A stretch of 22,928 nt of DNA from a virus (taxonomy: Duplodnaviria > Heunggongvirae > Uroviricota > Caudoviricetes): IMG/VR virus record IMGVR_UViG_3300045988_024436, positions 1-22,928 of that record; one strand, given 5' to 3'. A program made the translations under genes and the position numbers. This document shows positions 14,351-22,928 of the stretch, one piece after another (the stretch's first letter is position 1; each line of letters opens with the position of its first letter). The notes under the pieces are model-generated. The model ran no database searches. It saw only the letters and a program-made list of their open reading frames with translations, and had not been told where the DNA came from.

Positions 14351-16028
14351 ATGGCGGAAACAACTAAAGAGCGATTGAACAAACAGTTCGCACAACTTGA
14401 AAGCGAGCGTCAGTCGTTCGAGCCGCACTGGCGCGAGTTGAGTGATTACATCAACCCGCGTGGTTCCCGCTTTCTGACTTCTGAGGTTAACCGTAACGAT
14501 CGACGCAATACACGCATTATTGATTCGACCGGGACTATGGCGGCGCGCACTCTCGCCAGCGGCATGATGTCAGGCATCACAGCCCCGCGCGTCCGTGGTT
14601 TCGCCTGGCTAGCCAGATCCTGAAATGATGGATTATGGCCCTGTTAAGTTGTGGCTTGAGGCGGTGCAGAACCGCATGAACGATATGTTCAATAAGTCGA
14701 ATCTCTATCAGTCGCTGCCGCAGTTATACGGAAGCCTCGGCACATACAGCACTGGTGCAATGGCAGTGCTGGAGGATGACGAGGACATCATTCGCACAAT
14801 GCCATTCCCGATAGGCAGTTACTACCTGGCTAACTCACCTCGTGGCAGTGTGGACACCTGTTTTCGCAAGTTCTCTATGACTGTTCGTCAGCTTGTTCAG
14901 GAGTTCGGGCTAAATAACGTCAGCGAATCCGTAAAAAGCATGTGGGAAAGCGGAACCTACGAGAAGTGGATTGAAGTGATGCATTCGGTTTACCCGAACA
15001 TTGACCGCGATACATCGAAGCTGGATAGCAAGAACAAGCCATTCAAATCGGTTTATTACGAGGTTGGTGGCGATAACGACAAGTTGTTGCGTGAGTCCGG
15101 ATTCGATGAGTTTCCAATTATGGCTCCGCGCTGGGAAGTTAACGGCGAAGATGTTTATGGATCATCATGCCCGGGTATGCTGGCGCTTGGACCTGTTAAG
15201 GCATTGCAGCTTCTCCAGAAGCGCAAGTCGCAGTTGATTGATAAAGCCACCAATCCGCCGATGGTTGCTCCGACTTCCCTCAAGAATCAGCGTGCCTCCC
15301 TTCTTCCTGGCGACATCACGTATATCGATCAGATTACTGGTCAGGATGGTTTCAGGCCTGCTTATCTGGTTAACCCCAGTACAGCAGATTTGGTGGCAGA
15401 CATTCAGGACACCCGTCAAATCATTAACAGCGCCTACTTTGTCGATCTGTTCATGATGTTGCAGAACATCAATACCCGCTCGATGCCTGTTGAAGCGGTG
15501 ATCGAAATGAAAGAAGAAAAACTTCTGATGTTGGGGCCGGTTCTGGAGCGTCTGAACGACGAATGTCTTAATCCTCTCATTGACCGCGCTTTCTCGATGA
15601 TGGTGCGTAAAAACATGCTGCCGCCACCGCCTGACGCGATGGAAGGTATGCCCCTGAAGGTCGAATACATTTCCGTCATGGCTCAGGCGCAGAAGTCTAT
15701 CGGCCTGTCCAGTCTGGCGTCTACGGTCAACTTCATTGGTCAACTTGCGCAAGCGAAACCAGAAGCTCTCGACAAACTCAACGTTGATCAGGCGATCGAT
15801 GCATTCGCTGATATGTCCGGAGTGTCTCCAACCGTCATTGTTCCGCAGGAACAGGTTGAGCAGGCTCGCCAGCAACGGGCACAGCAACAACAGCAGCAAC
15901 AAATGATGGCGATGGGGATGGCGGCGGCACAGGGTGCCAAGACGCTAAGCGAAGCTAAAACTTCGGATCCGAGTGTTTTGTCAGCTATGGCGAATGCAGT
16001 TAGTGGTCAGGGTGGGCAATCACAATGA
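14351..16028 (+). pseudogene. portal (head-to-tail connector) protein, apparently split by two nearby frame changes (or sequencing errors)
   Basis: ORFs 14351-14623 (90 aa) and 14625-16028 (467 aa) are in different frames. The third frame across the junction encodes SPARPWFRLA (14581-14610), which resembles the P-x3-W-x-RL stretch of T7 gp8; a C4 run lies at 14583-14586. Poly-Q near the C-terminus. Confidence 0.65.
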
Positions 16029-16321
16029 CAGATTACGAAGACGATCAACTGAAAGAAGAAAACGCCCGTAAGCAACGTGACATGGCACAGCGTGAAATTG
16101 ATGACATTTGCTTTGTCATGAGCAGTGAACAGGGGCGTCGCGTTGTCTGGTCGGTGCTGGAGAAAGGCCGTGTGTTTTCCGCTATCTCACCGATGGACGC
16201 TATGGCAATGGCATTTAATGAGGGGCAACGCAATCTGGCGCTGGAACTGTTTCAGCGCGTTATGGCGCATTGCCCTGAACAGTATTTGAAGATGGCCAAA
16301 GAGGCCAGTGAACAGGAGTGA
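16025..16321 (+). CDS. hypothetical head-assembly protein
   Basis: 98 aa; ATG overlaps the portal stop (ATGA). Confidence 0.45.
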   Translation: MTDYEDDQLKEENARKQRDMAQREIDDICFVMSSEQGRRVVWSVLEKGRVFSAISPMDAMAMAFNEGQRNLALELFQRVMAHCPEQYLKMAKEASEQE

Positions 16322-16323
16322 TC

Positions 16324-17019
16324 ATGAATTTATTTGAGCGTTTGCTGTATCGCCGTCTTTGCAATGAGCAACCAGTCGATGGTGGAGCAGCTCCGGCTGC
16401 GTCAGAACCGTCAGCGCCTGCAGGTGATAACCCTGCTCCAGTTGGTGATCCATCACAACAGGAAGGTGATAAGCCACAACCTGTTGCTGATGGCGATAAA
16501 CCTGCTGATGACAAAAAGCCTGAAAACGATAAGCATGATGAAAAAAAGGACGGCGATAAACCAGAGGGTGCGCCTGAAAAGTACGAGTTTCAGGCTGCCG
16601 AAGGCGTAGAGCTGGATACAGAAGCGTTGAAGGAATTCGAGCCGGTGGCGCGAGAACTAAACCTGACCAACGAGCAAGCGCAAAAGCTGGTTGATGCTTA
16701 TCCGAAGATTCTGGCAGGTGTTCAGCAGCGCCAGGCAGAAGCCTGGCAGAAAACAACCGAGCAGTGGGCTGCGGATGTAAAAGCCGACAAAGAAATCGGT
16801 GGCGACAAGTTGATTTCTAACCTTAGCGCCGCACAGCGTGCGCTTGACCAGTTCGGGACACCTGAACTCAAAGAATATCTGAACACCACCGGGCTGGGTA
16901 ATCACCCTGATCTGGTCAAAACGTTCGTGAAAATCGGAAAGGCGATGTCTGAAGATGGCATGGTCACCGGTGGTAATGAAGGCCAGCGTAGTGCGGCCGA
17001 AGTGCTCTATGGCAAATAA
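16324..17019 (+). CDS. scaffolding protein
   Basis: Acidic, low-complexity N-terminal half with GDKP-type repeats and a helical C-terminal half; lies between portal and capsid; SD ACAGGAG before the ATG at 16324. Confidence 0.55.
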   Translation: MNLFERLLYRRLCNEQPVDGGAAPAASEPSAPAGDNPAPVGDPSQQEGDKPQPVADGDKPADDKKPENDKHDEKKDGDKPEGAPEKYEFQAAEGVELDTEALKEFEPVARELNLTNEQAQKLVDAYPKILAGVQQRQAEAWQKTTEQWAADVKADKEIGGDKLISNLSAAQRALDQFGTPELKEYLNTTGLGNHPDLVKTFVKIGKAMSEDGMVTGGNEGQRSAAEVLYGK

Positions 17020-17033
17020 GAGAGGAAATGACA

Positions 17034-18020
17034 ATGGCTGTTAAAGGCTTAACTGCGCTAACGCTGGCTGACTGGGGTAAGCGCGTCGATCCAAACGGGA
17101 AAGTCGATAAGATTATCGAGCTTCTCGGTCAAACTAACCCGATCCTTCAGGATATGCCTTTTGTCGAAGGGAACCTCCCTACCGGACACCGAACCACCAT
17201 TCGTTCTGGTTTACCTTCAGCTACCTGGCGTTTGCTGAACTATGGCGTACAGCCAAGCAAATCAACCACAGTGCAGGTAACCGATTCCGTTGGCATGCTG
17301 GAAACCTATGCGGAAGTCGATAAGTCACTGGCTGATCTGAACGGCAATACCGCCGAATTCCGCCTTTCTGAAGACCGCGCATTTATTGAAGCGATGAATC
17401 AGCAGATGGCGCAGACGCTGTTTTATGGTGATTCCAGCGTTAATCCTCAGCAGTTTATGGGACTGTCCTCCCGCTATTCCAGCCTGTCTGCGGGTAATGC
17501 TCAGAACATCATTGATGCTGGTGGCACGGGTACAGATAACACCTCAATCTGGTTAGTGGTGTGGGGCGAAAACACCGTGCATGGCATCTTCCCGAAAGGG
17601 CAGAAGGCTGGCATCCAGATGGAAGATAAAGGCCAGGTGACACTGGAAGATGCTAATGGCGGCAAGTACGAAGGCTATCGCACCCATTACAAATGGGATA
17701 ACGGACTTGCTCTGCGTGACTGGCGTTATGTTGTTCGCATTGCAAACATCGATGTCAGCAATCTTTCAGAACCATCCTCTGCCGCAAATATTGCGAAGTT
17801 GATGGTTAAAGCACTACATCGCATTCCAAACCGTGGCATGGGCCGCCCGGTGTTCTACATGAACCGCACTGTAGGCCAGGCTCTTGATCTGCAGTCTCTG
17901 GAGAAAACATCTCTGGCTATCAGCGTAAAAGAGACAGAAGGCGAGTGGTGGACTTCATTCCGTGGTGTACCAATCCGTGAAACTGATGCGCTTCTGGAAA
18001 CAGAAGCCCGCGTGGTGTAA
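17034..18020 (+). CDS. major capsid protein
   Basis: About 328 aa; follows the scaffold gene; SD GAGAGGA 7 nt before the ATG at 17034; a hairpin follows the gene. Confidence 0.65.
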   Translation: MAVKGLTALTLADWGKRVDPNGKVDKIIELLGQTNPILQDMPFVEGNLPTGHRTTIRSGLPSATWRLLNYGVQPSKSTTVQVTDSVGMLETYAEVDKSLADLNGNTAEFRLSEDRAFIEAMNQQMAQTLFYGDSSVNPQQFMGLSSRYSSLSAGNAQNIIDAGGTGTDNTSIWLVVWGENTVHGIFPKGQKAGIQMEDKGQVTLEDANGGKYEGYRTHYKWDNGLALRDWRYVVRIANIDVSNLSEPSSAANIAKLMVKALHRIPNRGMGRPVFYMNRTVGQALDLQSLEKTSLAISVKETEGEWWTSFRGVPIRETDALLETEARVV

Positions 18021-18036
18021 CGCCTGTTATTAACCT

Positions 18037-18056
18037 GTGGGTCGTAACAGACCCAC
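18037..18056 (+). other. stem-loop after the capsid gene (possible processing site or attenuator)
   Basis: GTGGGTC-GTAACA-GACCCAC; no T-tract follows. Confidence 0.3.
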
Positions 18057-18071
18057 TAATGGAGAAAGAAG

Positions 18072-18509
18072 ATGATCACCGACAAACTGTTGATGTTCTC
18101 CGAAGCTCAGGCGGTTACGAATACCGCGGCTTCTACTGACGTAATCGATCTCGGCCCAATTGACGGAAAACGTCGTGATATCGGCGTGGGTTACCCACTT
18201 GAGTTTTGGGCGCTGGTTAACACAGCCGCCGCGGCAAGCGGTGATGCAACTGTAAACATCCAGTTGCAGACGAGTGAGAATAACAGCTCATGGACCACTA
18301 TTTATGATAGTGGCGCACTGGCAAAGACCGCCCTGACAGCAGGTAAACGAGTTGTTTCTGCAAAGGTGCCTGCCGGTGTTCAGCGATATCTGCGTGTTAA
18401 CTACTCCGTCGCAACTGGCCCACTAACGGCTGGCAAATTCACTGCGGGTATCAGTCTGGATGTTGATGCCAATACGCCGTACCCGATCCGCTCAAAAGTA
18501 ACTGGTTAA
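18072..18509 (+). CDS. hypothetical virion protein (possible capsid decoration or head-tail protein)
   Basis: 145 aa; SD GGAGAAAG; Thr/Ala/Gly-rich. Confidence 0.4.
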   Translation: MITDKLLMFSEAQAVTNTAASTDVIDLGPIDGKRRDIGVGYPLEFWALVNTAAAASGDATVNIQLQTSENNSSWTTIYDSGALAKTALTAGKRVVSAKVPAGVQRYLRVNYSVATGPLTAGKFTAGISLDVDANTPYPIRSKVTG

Positions 18510-18519
18510 GGTGATATCG

Positions 18520-18855
18520 ATGTCAGGTGAGAAACCAAGATACCGCGTTCTGCGCCTCTCTCATATCCATAACACTCTGTGGCCGGAGGGGGCAGAAATC
18601 GAATACGAAGGTGAGCCTGGTAGCGCACTGGAACCTGTTAACGATGCAGCCAGACAGGCAAAAGCAAAAGTTGCAGGAAAGGTGTCAATGGCAGCAACCA
18701 GCACCAAAATCATCAACGATGTGTCAGATGATGGTGAACTGGATAAGCTCCGTGAAGAGTACGAATTGCTCTTTAACGAGAAGCCACACCATAACGCTAA
18801 AGCCGAAACGCTACGCGAGAAGATCGCAGATAAGCGTAAAGAACTGGGCGTGTAA
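18520..18855 (+). CDS. hypothetical virion-associated protein
   Basis: ATG at 18520 with SD AAGGTG 6 nt upstream; followed by a strong terminator. Confidence 0.4.
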   Translation: MSGEKPRYRVLRLSHIHNTLWPEGAEIEYEGEPGSALEPVNDAARQAKAKVAGKVSMAATSTKIINDVSDDGELDKLREEYELLFNEKPHHNAKAETLREKIADKRKELGV

Positions 18856-18871
18856 GCCTCGCGAATCAGAC

Positions 18872-18893
18872 AAGGGGCTTCGGCCCCTTTATT
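18872..18893 (+). terminator. rho-independent terminator
   Basis: AAGGGGC-TTCG-GCCCCTT followed by TATT. Confidence 0.6.
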
Positions 18894-18911
18894 GCAGGAG
18901 TATAGAAACTT

Positions 18912-19517
18912 ATGGCCTCTGTAGTAGAGATCTGCAATCGTGCGCTGTCCAATATTGGCAACAGCCGCAGCATTAACAGCCTGACGGAAGCCAGCAAGGA
19001 AGCGGGGGAATGTTCGCTGCACTTTGAGGCCTGCCGTGATGCTGTGCTTTCTGATTTTGACTGGAACTTTGCTACCAAACGCGTGGCGCTTGCAGATACG
19101 AGCAATCCACCGCCTGACTGGGAATATGCGTACCAGTACCCGTCAGATTGTCTGCGCATTACTGAAATTATGCTTCCTGGTGTACGCAATCCAACAGCAG
19201 CAATGCGCGTTCAGTACGAAGTTGGTGCAGACACCAACGGAACAGGAAAGTTGATCTACACAGACCAGCCGCAGGCATGGCTCAAGTATGTCTCTCGCGT
19301 TTCAGATGTGAACATGTTTGATGCCATTTTTATGGAGGCGTTGGCCTGGCGTCTTGCGGCAGCTATTAACATGGCGCTGACTGGGAATGCAGACCTCGGT
19401 ACGTTTGCCCTCAATATGTACAATCGCGTGATTCTTAGTGCTGGCTCGCATAGCCAGAATGAATCACAGGAACCACTGCCACCGGTTGACGAGTTTACCA
19501 TTGCGAGGTTGTCCTGA
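18912..19517 (+). CDS. tail tubular protein A (T7 gp11-like)
   Basis: 201 aa; N-terminus ICNRALSNIGNSRSINSLTEASKEAG follows the pattern of the recalled T7 gp11 N-terminus; size and position before a roughly 800-aa protein fit. Confidence 0.55.
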   Translation: MASVVEICNRALSNIGNSRSINSLTEASKEAGECSLHFEACRDAVLSDFDWNFATKRVALADTSNPPPDWEYAYQYPSDCLRITEIMLPGVRNPTAAMRVQYEVGADTNGTGKLIYTDQPQAWLKYVSRVSDVNMFDAIFMEALAWRLAAAINMALTGNADLGTFALNMYNRVILSAGSHSQNESQEPLPPVDEFTIARLS

Positions 19518-21988
19518 TGGCTATCAGTTGGATCCAGCCCAGCTTTGCCGGTGGTGAGATTGGACCGTCGTTGTACGGTCGTATTGACATGGCGAAGTAC
19601 CAGGTGGCATTGCGCAAGTGCGATAACTTTATCGTGCGGCAGTATGGCGGAGTTGAGAATCGACCTGGTACGCGTTTTGTCGGTGCCGCCAAATACCCAA
19701 ATCGGAAATGCCGCCTGATCCCGTTCCAGTTCTCGACGGTTCAGACTTATGCTCTGGAGTTTGGACACCAGTACATGCGCGTTATCAAAGATGGTGCGTT
19801 GGTGCTGAACAGCAGCAATGTTATTTATGAAATTGCCACGCCATATACTGAAGCCGATCTGTTCCGAATTAAATTCACGCAAAGCGCAGACGTGCTTACG
19901 CTGGTTCATCCGGCATACCCGCCGAAAGAGTTGCGCCGCTATGCGCATGACAACTGGCAACTGGTTGATGTGGTAACGAAGAACGGGCCATTTGAAGATA
20001 TCAATATTGACGAGTCAGTGACGGTTTATGCCAGCGCCAGCACCGGGACAATTACGCTAACGGCAAGCGCCTCTATTTTTGGCGCGGAGCAGGTAGGAAA
20101 ATTGTTCTATCTGGAACAGCCTGCAGTGGATTCTGTGCCGGTATGGGAAACCAGTAAGAGTACGTCGATTGGCGATATTCGCCGTGCAGACAGTAACTAC
20201 TATCGCGCCGTTACAGCAGGCAAAACAGGTACTTTGCGCCCTTCGCATACAGAAGGCACATCATGGGATGGCTGGGGCGGATCCGGTGATGATGATACTG
20301 GCATTGAGTGGGAATATCTGCACAGTGGTTTTGGCATTGCCCGTATCACTGCTGCAAATGGAACTACTGCAACTGCCGAGGTGATTTCCTATATCCCTTC
20401 GCAGGTCGTGGGCGAGGATAATGCCAGCTATAAATGGGCTAAATATGCCTGGAACAGTGTTAATGGTTATCCTGGCACTGTTGTTTATTATCAACAACGT
20501 CTTTACTTCGCCGCATCGACTGCGTTTCCTCAGACTATCTGGGCCAGCCGTACCGGGGATTATAAGGATTTTGGCAAAAGCAATCCTACGCAGGATGACG
20601 ACAGAATTATCTACACCTATGCCGGACGTCAGGTTAATGAGATCCGCCACCTGATTGATGTTGGTTCTCTGGTGGCGCTGACTTCCGGAGGTGAGTACGT
20701 CATCACCGGCGACCAGAACAAAGTGTTAACCCCATCATCATTTGCATTCAGCTCTCAGGGATCAAATGGCTCAAGCAACGTCCCGCCAATTGCCGTGGCG
20801 AATATTGCTCTGTTCGTCCAGGAGAAAGGCAGCGTTGTCCGTGATCTGGCCTACTCATTCGATGTTGACGGCTATCAGGGGAACGACCTGACCATCCTTG
20901 CCAATCATCTTTTTCAGAAGCACAGCATTGTTGACTGGTGCTTCTCTATTGTCCCTTACTCCAGCGCCTTCTGCATTCGTGATGACGGTAAATTACTGGT
21001 GATGACCTATTTGCGTGATCAACAGGTTTTTGCATGGGCACCACAGTCCAGTACCGGAAAATATGAAAGCACATGCAGTATCAGCGAAGGCAATGAAGAT
21101 GCGGTGTATTTCGTCATTAACCGAACCGTTAACGGGCAAACAGTGAGATACATCGAGCGACTGTCCAGCCGTTTATTTACCAGCGATGAAGATGCTTTCT
21201 TTGTTGATTCTGGCCTTAGCTATGATGGAAGAAATACGTCTGACAGAACGATGACCATCACTGGTGGTTCTGGTGAATGGGATTACCGTGCGGAATATAC
21301 AATCAGTGTTTCTGGTGGTGCGTACTTCACCAGTAGTGATGTCGGCGCGCAACTACAGTTCCCTTATACCGGAACTGATCCTGATACTGGCGATGAAGTG
21401 TCAAAAGAATTACGTTGCGACATTATTTCTGTAACCAGCAATACCGCTGTAGTGGTTCGTGCTAACAGGAACGTCCCGCCATCCCTCAGGAATGTGGCCA
21501 CCACGAACTGGCAGATGGCGCGCCGGACATTTGGAGGCCTGTCTCATCTTGAAGGCCAGACCGTAAACATTCTCTCTGATGCGAACGTGGAACCACAGAA
21601 AGTGGTTTCCGGAGGTGCCGTCACGCTGGAATCTCCGGGGGCTGTAGTGCACATCGGCCTGCCAATAACTGCTGAATTCGAAACACTGGATATCAACATT
21701 AACGGACAGGAAACGCTGCTGGACAAAAAACAGGTGATCCCCTCCGTTACTCTGGTTGTGAATGCCAGTCGCGGCATCTGGGCGACTACGCCCGGCGGTA
21801 AATGGTACGAATATCCACAGCGTGAATTCGAGTTCTACGATGATCCTGTTGATGATGCTACCGGAAAAGTAGAAGTGAAACTGGACAGTAACTGGGGCAA
21901 AAACGGACGTGTAAAAATCCGTCAGCTTGATCCGTTGCCGCTGTCTGTTCTTGCCGTTATTCCTCGCCTTACTGTTGGGGGATTCTGA
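19517..21988 (+). CDS. tail tubular protein B (T7 gp12-like)
   Basis: 823 aa; start overlaps the upstream stop; size and gene order match podovirus tubular protein B; sequence match to recalled T7 gp12 is weak. Confidence 0.55.
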   Translation: MAISWIQPSFAGGEIGPSLYGRIDMAKYQVALRKCDNFIVRQYGGVENRPGTRFVGAAKYPNRKCRLIPFQFSTVQTYALEFGHQYMRVIKDGALVLNSSNVIYEIATPYTEADLFRIKFTQSADVLTLVHPAYPPKELRRYAHDNWQLVDVVTKNGPFEDINIDESVTVYASASTGTITLTASASIFGAEQVGKLFYLEQPAVDSVPVWETSKSTSIGDIRRADSNYYRAVTAGKTGTLRPSHTEGTSWDGWGGSGDDDTGIEWEYLHSGFGIARITAANGTTATAEVISYIPSQVVGEDNASYKWAKYAWNSVNGYPGTVVYYQQRLYFAASTAFPQTIWASRTGDYKDFGKSNPTQDDDRIIYTYAGRQVNEIRHLIDVGSLVALTSGGEYVITGDQNKVLTPSSFAFSSQGSNGSSNVPPIAVANIALFVQEKGSVVRDLAYSFDVDGYQGNDLTILANHLFQKHSIVDWCFSIVPYSSAFCIRDDGKLLVMTYLRDQQVFAWAPQSSTGKYESTCSISEGNEDAVYFVINRTVNGQTVRYIERLSSRLFTSDEDAFFVDSGLSYDGRNTSDRTMTITGGSGEWDYRAEYTISVSGGAYFTSSDVGAQLQFPYTGTDPDTGDEVSKELRCDIISVTSNTAVVVRANRNVPPSLRNVATTNWQMARRTFGGLSHLEGQTVNILSDANVEPQKVVSGGAVTLESPGAVVHIGLPITAEFETLDININGQETLLDKKQVIPSVTLVVNASRGIWATTPGGKWYEYPQREFEFYDDPVDDATGKVEVKLDSNWGKNGRVKIRQLDPLPLSVLAVIPRLTVGGF

Positions 21989-22452
21989 TGATCGATGTTC
22001 AAATTATTCCCGCAACCGAAGAGCATCTTCAGATGATTTTGCCGGATGTTCGTCAGGCTGATATTGACGAACTGTATGCGGTATCACTGATGACTACCGA
22101 AGATGCGCTGCGTGTTGGTCTGCGTACTGCGACTATGGCCTGGTCAGGATTTGCGAACGGAGAACTGGTAACCATGTTTGGCGTATCTCCGGCGTCAATG
22201 ATCGGTGGCAATGGTACGCCCTGGCTGGTCGGAACCAGCCGTATCGAAAAATATCAGAAGACATTTCTTCGCCACTGCCGCCCTGTATTGCAGCAGATGC
22301 TGGCAGTTTATCCGCGCCTGGAAAACTATGTCGACGAGCGAAACCATGTTGCCAAAGCATGGCTGCACTGGCTTGGATTCAGGCTTGAAGAAGCCGCGCC
22401 TTATGGTGCTCTTGGTCTTAATTTCCACAGATTTCACATGGAGAGAAAATAA
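21988..22452 (+). CDS. putative internal virion protein (gp13 position)
   Basis: 154 aa; start overlaps the upstream stop (ATGA); assigned by position only. Confidence 0.4.
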   Translation: MIDVQIIPATEEHLQMILPDVRQADIDELYAVSLMTTEDALRVGLRTATMAWSGFANGELVTMFGVSPASMIGGNGTPWLVGTSRIEKYQKTFLRHCRPVLQQMLAVYPRLENYVDERNHVAKAWLHWLGFRLEEAAPYGALGLNFHRFHMERK

Positions 22453-22928
22453 TGTGCGATCCGGTTATTGCTGGTGGCGCAATGCTCGCCATGAGTGGCA
22501 TTCAGGCATACACCCAGTACCAACAGGGAAAGTATGCCTCGAAGGTTGCAGAAGCGAACGCAGATATAGCCACAGCTCAGGCAAATGATGCAATAAACAG
22601 AGGTAACGCTGAAGCTGAGCAACGGCGCAGAGAGACCCGACAGCGGCTTGGTACACAGGCGGCGACAATGGGGGCTACCGGCGCTGATTTATCTACAGGT
22701 AACGCGCTGGATATATTTGGCGACACTGCCCAGTTTGGCGCTCTTGATTCTCTGACGACGGTGAATAACGCGCAACGCGAGGCTTACGGTTATCAGGTTC
22801 AGGCTGCCAACTATAAAGCAGAAGCCAGTTCAGCCCGTAAACAGGGGAATGTGGGAGCAGCAACAACATTGCTCACTGCGCCTCTGAAGGCATACGGTGC
22901 GTACCAGATGTTTGGTGGGACGTGGAGT
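22452..22928 (+). CDS. putative internal virion or injection protein, N-terminal fragment (runs off window)
   Basis: ATG at 22452 overlapping the upstream TAA; the frame stays open for 159 codons to the window end (MCDPVIAGGAMLAMSGIQAYTQYQQGKYASKVAEANADIATAQ...); absent from the track because there is no in-window stop. Confidence 0.4.
   Translation, partial: MCDPVIAGGAMLAMSGIQAYTQYQQGKYASKVAEANADIATAQANDAINRGNAEAEQRRRETRQRLGTQAATMGATGADLSTGNALDIFGDTAQFGALDSLTTVNNAQREAYGYQVQAANYKAEASSARKQGNVGAATTLLTAPLKAYGAYQMFGGTWS

Noticed and set aside
15165-15902. 245-aa minus-strand ORF inside the portal gene
   Set aside because: Antisense shadow ORF within a well-supported plus-strand portal frame.
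15880-15910. CAG/CAA repeat near the portal 3' end
   Set aside because: Encodes a poly-Q tract in frame; low-complexity coding sequence, not a separate element.
19256-19960. 234-aa minus-strand ORF overlapping the tail tubular genes
   Set aside because: Antisense to the continuous plus-strand structural operon; no SD.
1-22928. CRISPR arrays, rRNA genes, integrase or transposase
   Set aside because: No direct-repeat/spacer arrays, rRNA-like sequence or recombinase-like ORF was seen on either strand.

Overview
This 22.9 kb window reads as part of a temperate enterobacterial phage or prophage with a mosaic layout. The minus strand at 1-3723 carries a leftward early operon: small ORFs, a YqaJ/RecE-type exonuclease, a RecT-family recombinase that looks disrupted, an AlpA/Xis-like protein, a hypothetical, and an MT-A70 adenine methyltransferase that runs off the left edge. 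At 3877-4846 there is an immunity switch: a repressor with two HTH domains and no peptidase domain on the minus strand, a Cro-like gene on the plus strand, and three operator-like palindromes between them. Replication genes follow (an initiator with a DnaT-like C-terminus and iteron-like repeats inside its coding region, then a lambda P-like loader), then a run of small accessory genes (6884-10722) and terminase small and large subunits. Between terminase and the head genes lies a 1.2 kb insert on the minus strand with a tRNA-Arg(UCU), stacked terminators, a LexA-box-like palindrome and an 80-aa ORF. The right third is a podovirus-type morphogenesis module: portal (apparently split by frame changes), scaffold, capsid, tail tubular proteins A and B, and internal virion proteins, running off the right edge. 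The strongest non-coding signal is a palindrome TTACC-N5-GGTAA that recurs at about eleven intergenic positions, at the immunity switch and in front of several operons. No CRISPR array, rRNA or integrase lies in the window. All homology calls are from reading the translations and from recalled family signatures; no database search was run.
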